DNA of 64,000 nt from an uncultured Anaerolineaceae bacterium (GTDB lineage Bacteria > Chloroflexota > Limnocylindria > Limnocylindrales > CSP1-4), in the NCBI GenBank assembly GCA_964475245.1, contig CAYYVV010000005.1, positions 19,620 through 83,619 on the forward strand, in the 5' to 3' direction. The notes beneath the pieces were generated by a model, which was given only the letters and a program-made list of their open reading frames with translations, did no database searches and was not told the origin of the DNA. Position 1 is the first letter of the stretch. Each line of letters opens with the position of its first letter. The position numbers and the translations under genes were made by a program. Below, piece by piece: positions 46,068-55,251 of the stretch.

Positions 46068-46873
46068 ACCTGTAATTCTAGCGCCCCGCGCGAATCGTGC
46101 CCCCGAGATTCCCGGCTGGGTAGTCCCGCCTCCCGCTGGCGCACGGCAAGGGCGACGCGCCAGAGTTCGAGCGTGGTCGGCCACCACGCGTCGATTACCT
46201 CCTCGTCGCCGTACCACGGCGAGCCGATCATCCCGTGGCGGACGCCCGGCAGGGTAAGTTGATGCGCTCCTTCGAGGCGTGCGGCAGCGGCGGGCACTAT
46301 GCCATCCCCGTCAGTCGCGGCCTCGTCGCCGACCATCATGCGGAAGAGCTCAGCGACGAAGCGCCCTGCCGGCCAGCGCGGCGCGGCCAATTGGACCAAG
46401 CCCCCGACCGACAGATATGACGTGCGTGGCGCGAAGTAGGCGCCTGGCGACTCGCGCTCCAGGAACGCGACCGCGTCGTGGCCGGCGTGCCGGGAGCGAT
46501 TGGTGAGCGTGCCCAGACCGTGGGGAGTGCCCAGCGTGACCAAACAGCCCACGGCCTCTGACACGCCGGCCACGCGGCCGTTGAACGGCCGCTCGGACAT
46601 CGCCAGGCGAGCGACGATGCCGCCCGCAGAGTGGCCGACGACGATGATCGGGCGGCGGCCGCCGGCGCGATGGGTGGCGGCAATTGCGCGGCCCGCGCGG
46701 CGCATGATCGGCCCGAAGCCGACCATCCCGGCGAGCAGCCAATCAGGCGTCCACAGCTGACAGATATCGACGCGGGCCGCGCCGCGCCGCAGGAGCCGGC
46801 TGCGCAGGCCGAGGTAGTTGGGCGGCATCGTCGCGAAACCGCCGACGATCAGGACGTTCGGTTCCTCGATCAC
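46031..46873 (-). CDS. Alpha/beta hydrolase (lipase/esterase-like)
   Basis: It reads …VLIVGGFATMPPNY… and has the nucleophile elbow VVGHSAGG. The last 12 codons plus the stop overlap the tRNA-fMet gene on the same strand. Confidence 0.65.
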   Translation of the reverse strand: MIEEPNVLIVGGFATMPPNYLGLRSRLLRRGAARVDICQLWTPDWLLAGMVGFGPIMRRAGRAIAATHRAGGRRPIIVVGHSAGGIVARLAMSERPFNGRVAGVSEAVGCLVTLGTPHGLGTLTNRSRHAGHDAVAFLERESPGAYFAPRTSYLSVGGLVQLAAPRWPAGRFVAELFRMMVGDEAATDGDGIVPAAAARLEGAHQLTLPGVRHGMIGSPWYGDEEVIDAWWPTTLELWRVALAVRQREAGLPSRESRGHDSRGALELQVAGWSSGSSSGS

Positions 46874-47106
46874 GAAATGGTTCTAGCACGGAACGCCCGT
46901 CCAGCGCTCATCGATGTCCGCAACGATCTCGCCGCCGGCGCGCTTGACGATGTCGATCGCCCCGCCGGCCTGCGCATCGGGGAAGCGTCCCGCGAGCAGC
47001 GCATCGCCGGCAACCGGCTCGCCCGGATGCGCGAGCGGCGCAACGGCGACATCGCCGGTGCGCGGGGGAGCCTTACGGTCAGGCGCGATCGGACGCGCCC
47101 CGGCTT

Positions 47107-49125
47107 TCAGTCGCGTTGCCGCTCGGCGAGGTGCGCCACCTTGACCGGCTCGAAATCATCGGCGAGCTCGAAGCCGAACACCTGGGCGTAGAACGACAGC
47201 TCGGCTTCCAGCGCGCGCCGGATATTCGCCGATTGGCGGAAGCCGTGGCCCTCGCCGGCGAAATGCAGATAAGCATGGGGAATGCGCTGGCGTTCGAGCG
47301 CGGCGACGATCTCCTCGGCCTGGGCGATGGGCACGACCATGTCATCGTCGCCCTGGAGCACGATCAGCGGCCGGCTGAGCCGTTCGATGTGGCGGATCGG
47401 CGAGCGCTCGCGGTAGACGTCGATCCTCGCCGGATACGGCGCGACTAGGCGATCCAGGTAGCGCGACTCGAACTTGTGCGTCTCACGCGCGAGCGCCTCG
47501 AGGTCGCCGACCCCGTAATGCGACGCCCCCGCGGCAAAGACATCGTGAAAGACGAGCGCGGCAAGCGTCGTGTAGCCACCAGCGCTGCCGCCACGGATCG
47601 CCATCCGATCCCGGTCAACGTCACCCCGCTCGGCCAGGTAGAGCGCCGCGGCGATGCAGTCGTCGACGTCGTAGACGCCCCATTGGCCGTCGAGGCTGCG
47701 CATGTACTCGCGTCCGTAGCCGTTGCTGCCGCGGTAGTCCACGTCGACGACGGCAAAGCCACGGCTGGTGAAGGCGTCGATCTCCATCTGCAGGGCGGTC
47801 GTCGCGGCCGAGGTCGGCCCGCCGTGAATCTCGACCACGAGCGGCGGCTTCTCGTCCGCCGGGCCCTCGAAGTCCGGGTTGGTGGGCGGGTAGAAGTAAG
47901 CGTGCGCGGTCTGACCGTTGGTGGTCGGAAACTCGATCGGCTCCGGTCGCGCGAGGAACGCGCGATCGACCTCGAGCTCGAACGCGCGACGCAGGACACG
48001 CCGGCTGGCGACCTGTCCGCCGGCGGTCAGCTCGACGACGACGACCTGGCGTGGTTCGGACCAGCCACCACCGAAATAGCACAGCACAGTCGGGCCGCCG
48101 CGATGGAGCGAACCGACCTGGAGCGATTCGACCCGCTCGTCGGGCAGCTCAACAAGGGCCGGGGCCGCACCTGGGCTGATGCGCCACACGCCGCCACGGC
48201 CCGCACCGCCGCCAGTGGCATAGATCGTGCCGTCCTCGGCGATGCCGTACCACGACATACCGAACACCCACTGCGGCCCCGCGAAGTCACCCGCCATCGG
48301 CGCCAGAGCGGTGACCTCTCCGTTCGGCGTCCAGCGGTAGAGGTTCCACCAACCGGAACGGTCGGAAACGAAGACGAGCGATCCGTCGGGCGCCCATTGC
48401 GGCTGGACGATCGACTCGTCTGCGCCGCCGGCGATCATGCGCGCGTTCGACTGGACGCCGGAGTCGGCGATCTCGGCGACCCACAGCTCAGTCGAATCCC
48501 AGGGCATGTTGGGATGGCGCCAACAGAGCCAGGCCAGGCGGTCGAATGTCGGCCGCGGCGAGGAATAGAAGTCGTGCCCGGTCGCGAGCACGCTGACCGC
48601 GCCACTGCCGATGTCGACCGATACGAGCTCGTTACGTGGTTCGGCGATCCGTTCGCCCTCAGCTGCCGTCGCGTGGTGGTCGAGCCCGGTGTGATCCTCG
48701 CGGATGCAGACGAGGCGGCCCTGCGACCAGTCGAACGAGAGGTCGCCATAGCGAAAAGCGCCCTCAGGTGTCAGCGCGACCGGTTCACCGTCGCGTGCCT
48801 GGCGGTAGATGCGGCCGTCGGCGAGGCTCGTGAAGTAGACCGTTCCGTGGACCGGGTCGATGACATACCAGCCACCGCCGTACTCGTGGATCATCGTGCG
48901 CGCGTTGAAAGGTGCCGGAGTGACGTCCATCGCGCCGGCGCCGGGTGTCCAGCGCACGATGACCTGGCGGCCTTTCTCCTTCGGCCGACCCTCGGTCCAG
49001 TAGACGGCGTTCCCCGCGAGGCGCGGCTCGCGCAGGACGGTCGATGCCGACACGGCCATGTCGACCGTGATCGGCGACAGCCACGAGCCGTAGGACAGGA
49101 CGCGCCGCTCCGACATTGGTCTCAT
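47107..49125 (-). CDS. S9-family serine peptidase (prolyl oligopeptidase / acylaminoacyl-peptidase type) with an N-terminal beta-propeller
   Basis: The catalytic region reads …VDYRGSNGYGREY…IRGGSAGGYTTLAAL…QGDDDMVVP…GEGHGF (Ser/Asp/His). Confidence 0.88.
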   Translation of the reverse strand: MRPMSERRVLSYGSWLSPITVDMAVSASTVLREPRLAGNAVYWTEGRPKEKGRQVIVRWTPGAGAMDVTPAPFNARTMIHEYGGGWYVIDPVHGTVYFTSLADGRIYRQARDGEPVALTPEGAFRYGDLSFDWSQGRLVCIREDHTGLDHHATAAEGERIAEPRNELVSVDIGSGAVSVLATGHDFYSSPRPTFDRLAWLCWRHPNMPWDSTELWVAEIADSGVQSNARMIAGGADESIVQPQWAPDGSLVFVSDRSGWWNLYRWTPNGEVTALAPMAGDFAGPQWVFGMSWYGIAEDGTIYATGGGAGRGGVWRISPGAAPALVELPDERVESLQVGSLHRGGPTVLCYFGGGWSEPRQVVVVELTAGGQVASRRVLRRAFELEVDRAFLARPEPIEFPTTNGQTAHAYFYPPTNPDFEGPADEKPPLVVEIHGGPTSAATTALQMEIDAFTSRGFAVVDVDYRGSNGYGREYMRSLDGQWGVYDVDDCIAAALYLAERGDVDRDRMAIRGGSAGGYTTLAALVFHDVFAAGASHYGVGDLEALARETHKFESRYLDRLVAPYPARIDVYRERSPIRHIERLSRPLIVLQGDDDMVVPIAQAEEIVAALERQRIPHAYLHFAGEGHGFRQSANIRRALEAELSFYAQVFGFELADDFEPVKVAHLAERQRD

Positions 49126-49151
49126 CTTGATGATGCGAATGTATCCTGCCC

Positions 49152-49913
49152 TTGCCCATGGCGAGCGATGGAGTGCAGCCGCCCCGTCCGCCTGGCCAAC
49201 GTCACGCAGGCGTCGTCCACGGCGGCCTTCGCCGCGGCCCGATGCCCGCTCCGCGGCGCGACTGGGTAGCCGGCGGCATCGTCGCGGGGCTTACGCTGGC
49301 CAGCCTGGTTATCGTCGCCAATGTCTTCGGCGGCCGCCAGCCGACCGTCGCCGTCATCGACAGCCCGAGCCCGACCGCGAGCCCGGTCTCGTCGCTGCCC
49401 GTCTACATCCAGGAGACGCCGAACCCGACTCCGCCGCCGACGCCGTACTGGACGCCGACGACCTACTGGACACCCTCACCCTCCCCGACTCCCACACCTT
49501 CACCATCTCCGACACCGGCGCCAACACCGGCGCCGACGCCGACACCCACGCCGACTCCTCCCCCAACTCCCTCACCCACACCGAGTCCTTCGCCCACGCC
49601 CGCTCCAACCTCGAGTCCGTCATCGTCGGTGGCTCCCGCGCCTACCCCGCCGGCGTACGGCCTGATCATCCTCGAGCCGCTCGACAGCGCCGCTGTCACG
49701 GACCATGTGCTGGCAATTCGCGGCCTGACCCAGCCCGGCGCGACCATCACGCGCGACGTGCCGCTGTGGCTCGACGAGCACACCGTGGCCGACTCGACCG
49801 GCCGCTGGTCCTTCATCGAGTCGCTCAACAGCGGCGCGAACACGTTCACGTTCCGGGTCGGCGACGATAGGGCGACTGACGTTACGCTCACCGTCTACCT
49901 ATCGCCGCAATAA
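49152..49913 (+). CDS. Membrane-anchored or secreted protein with a long Pro/Thr/Ser linker and a C-terminal Ig-like beta domain
   Basis: The TM is [17 protein letters not shown]. About 80 aa read TPxPTPSPSP (nt ~49400-49640). The C-terminus reads …[28 protein letters not shown]…NTFTFRV…. Confidence 0.6.
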   Translation: MPMASDGVQPPRPPGQRHAGVVHGGLRRGPMPAPRRDWVAGGIVAGLTLASLVIVANVFGGRQPTVAVIDSPSPTASPVSSLPVYIQETPNPTPPPTPYWTPTTYWTPSPSPTPTPSPSPTPAPTPAPTPTPTPTPPPTPSPTPSPSPTPAPTSSPSSSVAPAPTPPAYGLIILEPLDSAAVTDHVLAIRGLTQPGATITRDVPLWLDEHTVADSTGRWSFIESLNSGANTFTFRVGDDRATDVTLTVYLSPQ

Positions 49914-49954
49914 GGAGCCGATCCCTGAACGACCCGCAGGCGCCAGAGGGACAG

Positions 49955-50833
49955 GTGCTGGTTGTCGGATCCATAAACGTCGACCTCGTCGTGTCGGTGG
50001 CCGTCCTGCCGGAGCGCGGCGAGACCGTCGCCGGCGGCGTGTTCGCCCAGCACCAGGGCGGCAAGGGCGCGAACCAGGCCGTCGCCGCGGCACGCATGGG
50101 AGCGAAGGTCGCGTTTGTGGGTGCGGTCGGTCCGGATGACTACGGCCGCGCCGCGCTCGACGAGCTGCGGGGCGAGTCGATCGACGTCAGCCGCATCGAC
50201 ACGCTGACTGCGGAGTCGACCGGCATCGCGCTGATCATCGTCGACGGCCGCGGCCAGAATCAGATCGCGGTCGCGTCGGGTGCGAACGCCCGCGTCGACG
50301 GCCGCTTCGTGACCAGGACGCTGCGCGGGTCGCCCGTCGCCGCCAACGTCCTGCTGACCAACTTCGAGATACGCAACGACGCCGTCGTCGCGGGCGCCCA
50401 GTTTGGCGCCGCGAACGGCATGACGTTGCTCGTCAACCCGGCGCCGGCACGCGCCATCGCCAGCGAGCTGATCGCGCTCCGGCCGATCCTGATACCGAAC
50501 GAGTTGGAGGCAGAGGCCTTGACGGGCGAGCGCGACCCCGTCGCTGCCGGCCGGCTGCTCGCCGCTCGGACCGGCAATGCCGTCATCGTCACGATCGGTG
50601 CGCGCGGCGCGGTCGTCGTCTCCACGTCGACGGTGGAGCACATCCCCGCGCCATACGTCGAAGTGGTCGACACGACCGGTGCCGGTGACGCGTTCTGTGG
50701 GGCGTTCGCCGCGGAGATCGCGGCGGGCTCCGATATGAGCACCGCCGCGCGCGTCGCGGTCCGTGCCGCGTCGCTGTCGACGACCGCGCGCGGCGCCCGC
50801 GGCGCAATGCCGACCCGGGCGATGGTCGGCTGA
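49955..50833 (+). CDS. rbsK: Ribokinase
   Basis: It reads VVGSINVDLV…GGKGANQAVAAARMG…DTTGAGDAFCGAFAAE (PfkB signatures). Confidence 0.85.
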   Translation: MLVVGSINVDLVVSVAVLPERGETVAGGVFAQHQGGKGANQAVAAARMGAKVAFVGAVGPDDYGRAALDELRGESIDVSRIDTLTAESTGIALIIVDGRGQNQIAVASGANARVDGRFVTRTLRGSPVAANVLLTNFEIRNDAVVAGAQFGAANGMTLLVNPAPARAIASELIALRPILIPNELEAEALTGERDPVAAGRLLAARTGNAVIVTIGARGAVVVSTSTVEHIPAPYVEVVDTTGAGDAFCGAFAAEIAAGSDMSTAARVAVRAASLSTTARGARGAMPTRAMVG

Positions 50834-51615
50834 TGGGCGACGCAGATCAGACGCTGCCGGAGCACGTCCGACGCAATCGCGGCTACTGGGACACGCTGGC
50901 CCACGAATACGTCGAAGCCGGACAGCGTGCCTGGTCCAGCGAGGAAATGTATTGGGGCATCTGGAGCATCCCAGATGCGGATGTCCACCTGCTGCCTGAC
51001 GACGTCAGCGGCATGGACGTCATCGAACTCGGCTGCGGCACGGGCTATGTCTCGGCCTGGCTTGCCCGCCGTGGCGCGCGGCCGGTGGGCATCGACAACT
51101 CGCCCCGCCAGCTCGAGTCCGCAAAGAAGTTCCAGCACGAGTTCGGCCTCGAGTTCCCGCTGATATTCGGCAACGCCGAGACCGTTCCGCTTCCGGACGC
51201 GTCGTTCGACCTTGCCGTTTCCGAGTACGGAGCCGCGCTCTGGGCCGACCCATACGCCTGGATTCCTGAAGCGGCCCGGCTGCTCCGACCCGGCGGTCAG
51301 CTGGCATTCCTGACCAACTCGACGCTGCTCATGCTGTGCGTGCCGGATCTCGAGGCGGAGGGGCATGTGACGACCCAGCTGCGCCGGCCGCAATTCGGGA
51401 TGCATCGCGAGGAGTGGCCCGATTCGGACGGAGTCGAATTCCACTTGGGCCACGGCGACTGGATTCGTCTGTTGCGCGAGAACGGGTTCGAGGTCGAAGA
51501 GCTGATCGAGCTGCGCCCGCCCGCAGACGCCAGGACGCTGTACGACTTCGTCGACACCGATTGGGCGCGCAAGTGGCCCAGCGAGGAAGCCTGGAAGGTG
51601 CGCAAGCGCTCCTGA
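50833..51615 (+). CDS. Class I SAM-dependent methyltransferase
   Basis: Motif I is VIELGCGTGYVSAWLARRG. It is followed by …GIDNSPRQL… and …LRPGGQLAF…. Confidence 0.8.
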   Translation: MGDADQTLPEHVRRNRGYWDTLAHEYVEAGQRAWSSEEMYWGIWSIPDADVHLLPDDVSGMDVIELGCGTGYVSAWLARRGARPVGIDNSPRQLESAKKFQHEFGLEFPLIFGNAETVPLPDASFDLAVSEYGAALWADPYAWIPEAARLLRPGGQLAFLTNSTLLMLCVPDLEAEGHVTTQLRRPQFGMHREEWPDSDGVEFHLGHGDWIRLLRENGFEVEELIELRPPADARTLYDFVDTDWARKWPSEEAWKVRKRS

Positions 51616-51686
51616 GGCGCGCGGTTTCTCCCCCGAAGGCTAGCGGGGTTTGCTTCTCGGGAGAGCATGAGCGCTGGTGGGATCAA

Positions 51687-52130
51687 TCAACCGTTGGAGA
51701 TCACTGTCGGAGCGCCCGTGGCCTGATTTACCTCGATTAGGAAGTGTGACCCGTAGCTAGCACCGCTCGACTCGACGACTTGCGCATCAACCTGAACAAG
51801 CCAGACCGGTTGGCCGGCATTGGGACCGCTAGGGCTCCCGCTACCCTCGTGACTCGTGGACGTGAGGTCTTTGATTGTTTTGTTTGGATCTTGGCAAGCG
51901 CGGTACAGAGCCGCACTAATGTTTTCGGCAACCGCGGCCGACACAGGACCGGGTACAAATGTGAAGGCGATGGGACTCGGGCTATGCCCCAACGGCTGGC
52001 ATGAACTTGCCTCCCCGGCCGATGATGCCGCGCTAGTCGTCGTCGGAGAACCTGGCCCACTTTGTGACGCCGCCGGTGAGCATCCAATCAACGTGATGAC
52101 CGCAATTGCAGCGACAAGCCGGACATTCAT
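51687..52130 (-). CDS. Lipoprotein with a PepSY-like C-terminal domain
   Basis: AGGAAGG lies upstream of the ATG at 52130. The lipobox is LIGCS. The C-terminus reads …GQPVWLVQVDA…SHFLIEVNQATGAPTVISNG. Local G+C is lower. Confidence 0.55.
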   Translation of the reverse strand: MNVRLVAAIAVITLIGCSPAASQSGPGSPTTTSAASSAGEASSCQPLGHSPSPIAFTFVPGPVSAAVAENISAALYRACQDPNKTIKDLTSTSHEGSGSPSGPNAGQPVWLVQVDAQVVESSGASYGSHFLIEVNQATGAPTVISNG

Positions 52131-52293
52131 CTGACAACCTTCCTGGGTTCGCGTGACGGTACGCCTCATAAGCAGTTTCACATGTGCTGCGCGACCGCCG
52201 CATGACATCATGAGCAGGTGTTAGTCCGCACCGATGCGACGCACGAGCGCCATGTATCCATGCGCCAATGAACTTTGGCGGGCGCCTACAGTG

Positions 52294-52515
52294 TCATCCT
52301 CGGCCCACAATCTCAGCTGTACCAGTAATCGCATTAACGTGAATCAAGTAAGGCTCGTCGCCCGCACGCCCCGCGATGTCCCACGTCAATTCCTGCACGC
52401 CTTCGTCGTTGAAAGTGATCTCAAGGTCAATGGAGTGGACGATGAGGGCGACGCTGCCTCCCGGCGAGTCGACGCGATGGTCGGCTACGTCCCTATGTGC
52501 GTATAGGGCCGTTTG
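52294..52515 (-). pseudogene. Start-less ORF remnant paralogous to the C-terminus of the adjacent lipoprotein
   Basis: The minus-strand frame reads …VALIVHSIDLEITFNDEGVQELTWDIAGRAGDEPYLIHVNAITGTAEIVGRG*. No ATG, GTG or TTG lies near its 5' end. Its end mirrors …FLIEVNQATGAPTVISNG* of 51687..52130. Confidence 0.35.
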
Positions 52516-52661
52516 TCATGATGTTGAGTAATGGTTGTCGATGGGGTATAGCGCGATGGAAGCCAGACGAAACAACTTGCGCGGGCGGGATTCCGGGTTG
52601 TGCATCTTGGGTTGGCACCGTCGGTAGCGACGCTAATGACGAGTTCTCGTCGGGGGAGGCG

Positions 52662-53711
52662 CTAGACGAACAGCAGGGTCAGCAGCAGCGCGCCAAGAGC
52701 GGCGACCGACCCGACGAGTCCGTAGCGCCAGGCTGAGCGCAGATAGGTCGGAACCTCGACCACGATCCCCTGCCGGCGGCCGACTCCGTAGGCGAGCATC
52801 GTGGCCACCGATCCGTGGGGCGTCGCGACGACGGCGATGTTCGTGCCGATCAGAAAGGCCATGATCGCGGGCGCAGGCGACGCCATCAGCCAGACCGTGC
52901 CCAGGGCGGCGGCGGGAAGGTTGTTGAGGGCCGCGGCGAGCACGGCGCCGACGACGAGCGCCAGGAGCAGACCGCCCGCGTCGGCGCCCGGCTTGGGCAG
53001 GTACGCAGCGAGGTCGGCGATGAGCGGGCCGGCAACTGCGGCCGCCACGACAACAGCGACACCCGCAACCGGGATGGAGCGCAGCACCAACGGAACCTGT
53101 GTACGGCCGCCAAGGACGGCGGCACCGACGAGCACTGCGGAGCAGACCGCGAACGGGATGGCCATATCGGCGCCGATGGCACCGGCGATGATCGCGGCGA
53201 TTGCTCCGACGAGCGCCACTCCGGCGGCGACCGTCGCGCCTCGCGTGCGGTGAGCAGACGGGCCTGCATCATTCTCATCGGGCGCAACGAAGAGCTGCTC
53301 GCCGATCGCGCGCCGGGCCCGGATCGCGAGCAGCACGCCAACCGCGAGCGCGGCAGCGGCCTGGGGCAGGACGGAGTAGGTGACGAATGTCGTGAGCGTC
53401 AGGCCGGCGCTCGCGACGAGCAGCAGGTTGGTCAGGTTGCTGAACGGGAAGAGCAGCGAGCCCACGTTTGCGCCGAGCGCGGCCGAGCCGAGCTGCCAGC
53501 GCTGCTCGTCCTCGTTCTCGCCGGCGACCGCGAGACCAACAGATGCCGCCGCCACAGCCGCGACATCGAGCGTCAGCAGGGAGCTGACCGCGATCCATAG
53601 CGCATAGGTCGCCGAGATGCGCGGCGTAGCGCGCTTGATGCGCAGCAGCTGCGCCGCGAGCGCGTCGCGCCAGCCGAAAGCCTCGAGCCCGACGGCCAGC
53701 GGCGGCAGCAC
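52662..53711 (-). CDS. ArsB/NhaD-superfamily permease (anion/metalloid transporter type), start unresolved
   Basis: It reads …LLFPFSNLTNLLLV… and …IGTNIAVVATPHGSVATMLAY…, resembling the two hairpin motifs of the ArsB_NhaD fold. The frame stays open for 47 more codons upstream (to 53852) and encodes a further TM helix. Confidence 0.65.
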   Translation of the reverse strand: MLPPLAVGLEAFGWRDALAAQLLRIKRATPRISATYALWIAVSSLLTLDVAAVAAASVGLAVAGENEDEQRWQLGSAALGANVGSLLFPFSNLTNLLLVASAGLTLTTFVTYSVLPQAAAALAVGVLLAIRARRAIGEQLFVAPDENDAGPSAHRTRGATVAAGVALVGAIAAIIAGAIGADMAIPFAVCSAVLVGAAVLGGRTQVPLVLRSIPVAGVAVVVAAAVAGPLIADLAAYLPKPGADAGGLLLALVVGAVLAAALNNLPAAALGTVWLMASPAPAIMAFLIGTNIAVVATPHGSVATMLAYGVGRRQGIVVEVPTYLRSAWRYGLVGSVAALGALLLTLLFV

Positions 53712-53852
53712 GAACAGCAGCGCCAGCGGCGAGCTGAGGTGGCCGATCGGCGCGCACCAGAATGGTGCCGTGGCGAGGGCGATGCCGAGCGCTACGGCGG
53801 CTACTCGCCGCCTGAGGTCAGGAGTCAGGGCTTTGACGGCACGTCGCCAGCG

Positions 53853-54629
53853 TCAGCCGCGCCGGCCCCGCGCAGCTTGCTCTGCCATTTCCTCGTCGTG
53901 CCGCTCAGAGTGGACGAAGTCCATGAACGCGACGGCAAGGAGCGACCCGACGATCGGCCCGACCCAGTAGATCCACAGGCTGCCAAAGTCGAGCGTGGCC
54001 AGCGCCGGTCCGGTCGAGCGGACCGGGTTCATCGACGCGCCGTCGAGCGGCAGCGCCACCAGGCCGCACAGGATGATCGTGGCGCCAACCGCGATCGCGG
54101 CGTTGGGACCCACAAGGTGGGCTCGGTCGGCCGTGCCCAGGATGACCGCCACCAGCGTCCCTGACAGGAGGATCTCGAGGCCCAGGGCAACCCACGGCTC
54201 GATGCCGTGCGGCTCCGTGACGGCGTGCGTCGCCGCGTCGTGACCGAAGAGGAGGACGAGCAGCAGGCCGGCGAGCGTGGCGCCAACGAGCTGGGCCACC
54301 CAATACGCGGGCAGCCAACGCGCGGGGAACAGCCGCTTGAGGGTGAACCCAAGCGTCACGACCGGGTTGATGTGCAAGCCGGAGACGTCTCCGATGGCAT
54401 AGATGAAGGCCATCACGAACAGCCCTGGCGCGATGGCCCGCGCGACGGGCGTAACAGCGCCTCCGGTGACGAACCCGGCAACGTCGCCCAGGCCGGCCAC
54501 CGCCGTCAGCCCGAAGGCTCCGACCAGCTCAGCCACGAGCCGCTTCGCGCCCGGACTCCAGGTGCGCGACTCCTTGATGCCAATGCGCGGGACCCTGCCT
54601 GCTGGGGTCGCCTCGCCCGACTCTCCCAC
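53853..54629 (-). CDS. MIP-family channel (aquaporin/aquaglyceroporin-like) with NPV/NPV boxes
   Basis: It has six TM helices. The first box is GLHINPVVTLGF and the second is GASMNPVRSTGPAL. Confidence 0.85.
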   Translation of the reverse strand: MGESGEATPAGRVPRIGIKESRTWSPGAKRLVAELVGAFGLTAVAGLGDVAGFVTGGAVTPVARAIAPGLFVMAFIYAIGDVSGLHINPVVTLGFTLKRLFPARWLPAYWVAQLVGATLAGLLLVLLFGHDAATHAVTEPHGIEPWVALGLEILLSGTLVAVILGTADRAHLVGPNAAIAVGATIILCGLVALPLDGASMNPVRSTGPALATLDFGSLWIYWVGPIVGSLLAVAFMDFVHSERHDEEMAEQAARGRRG

Positions 54630-54679
54630 AGGCCCGAGGATATGAGCATCGCGGCAAGGATGTTTGTTGGAGGACGCAA

Positions 54680-55246
54680 ATGCGCGTGACCGTCAGCTCG
54701 GAACAGATCCGCTCGGCCTTCGAGGCCGTCAAGGACGATCCGTCCTTCGACGAGAGCCGCGGCCTGTGGGAGCGCGGCAGACCGCCGGTCGAGATGATCC
54801 AGGCAATGTGCCTGCGGCCGGAGATCCTGCGCGGCTTCGGCGGCTTCGGCGACTGCGTCTACCCGGGTGGCCTGCTCGAGCGGCGCGTCAAGGAACTCGT
54901 CATCATCACCGCCTCGGAGCGCAACGACTGCCAGTTCTGCACGAACTCGCACTGCGACCTCGTGCGCATCTCGGACATCATCGCGGACCCCCTCGTCGCG
55001 ATTGCCCACCCGCACGGGCTGGCGCCGCGCGAGCGAGTCGCGGTCGAGTACACGCGCGCGGCAATGACCGACTCGAACCACATCCCGGACGCCCTCCGCG
55101 GCGAGCTGACAGAGCTCTTCAGCGACCCGGAGCTGGTCGAGCTGTCGTTCCTGATCGGCTTCATCAACATGCTCAACCTGTTCAACAACCTGCTCGAGGT
55201 GCGCTACAGCGGCGAGTACAGCGTGTTTGCCCAGCCGCCCGCCTGA
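54680..55246 (+). CDS. Carboxymuconolactone decarboxylase (AhpD-like) family protein
   Basis: It reads …LVIITASERNDCQFCTNSHCD… (the CxxC of the AhpD/CMD fold). Confidence 0.7.
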   Translation: MRVTVSSEQIRSAFEAVKDDPSFDESRGLWERGRPPVEMIQAMCLRPEILRGFGGFGDCVYPGGLLERRVKELVIITASERNDCQFCTNSHCDLVRISDIIADPLVAIAHPHGLAPRERVAVEYTRAAMTDSNHIPDALRGELTELFSDPELVELSFLIGFINMLNLFNNLLEVRYSGEYSVFAQPPA

Positions 55247-55251
55247 CGCGT

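Noticed and set aside
52234-52736. Plus-strand ORFs 52234..52506 and 52497..52736.
   Set aside because: The translations are not protein-like. The minus strand of the same DNA gives a peptide homologous to the neighbouring lipoprotein C-terminus, which explains the open frames better.
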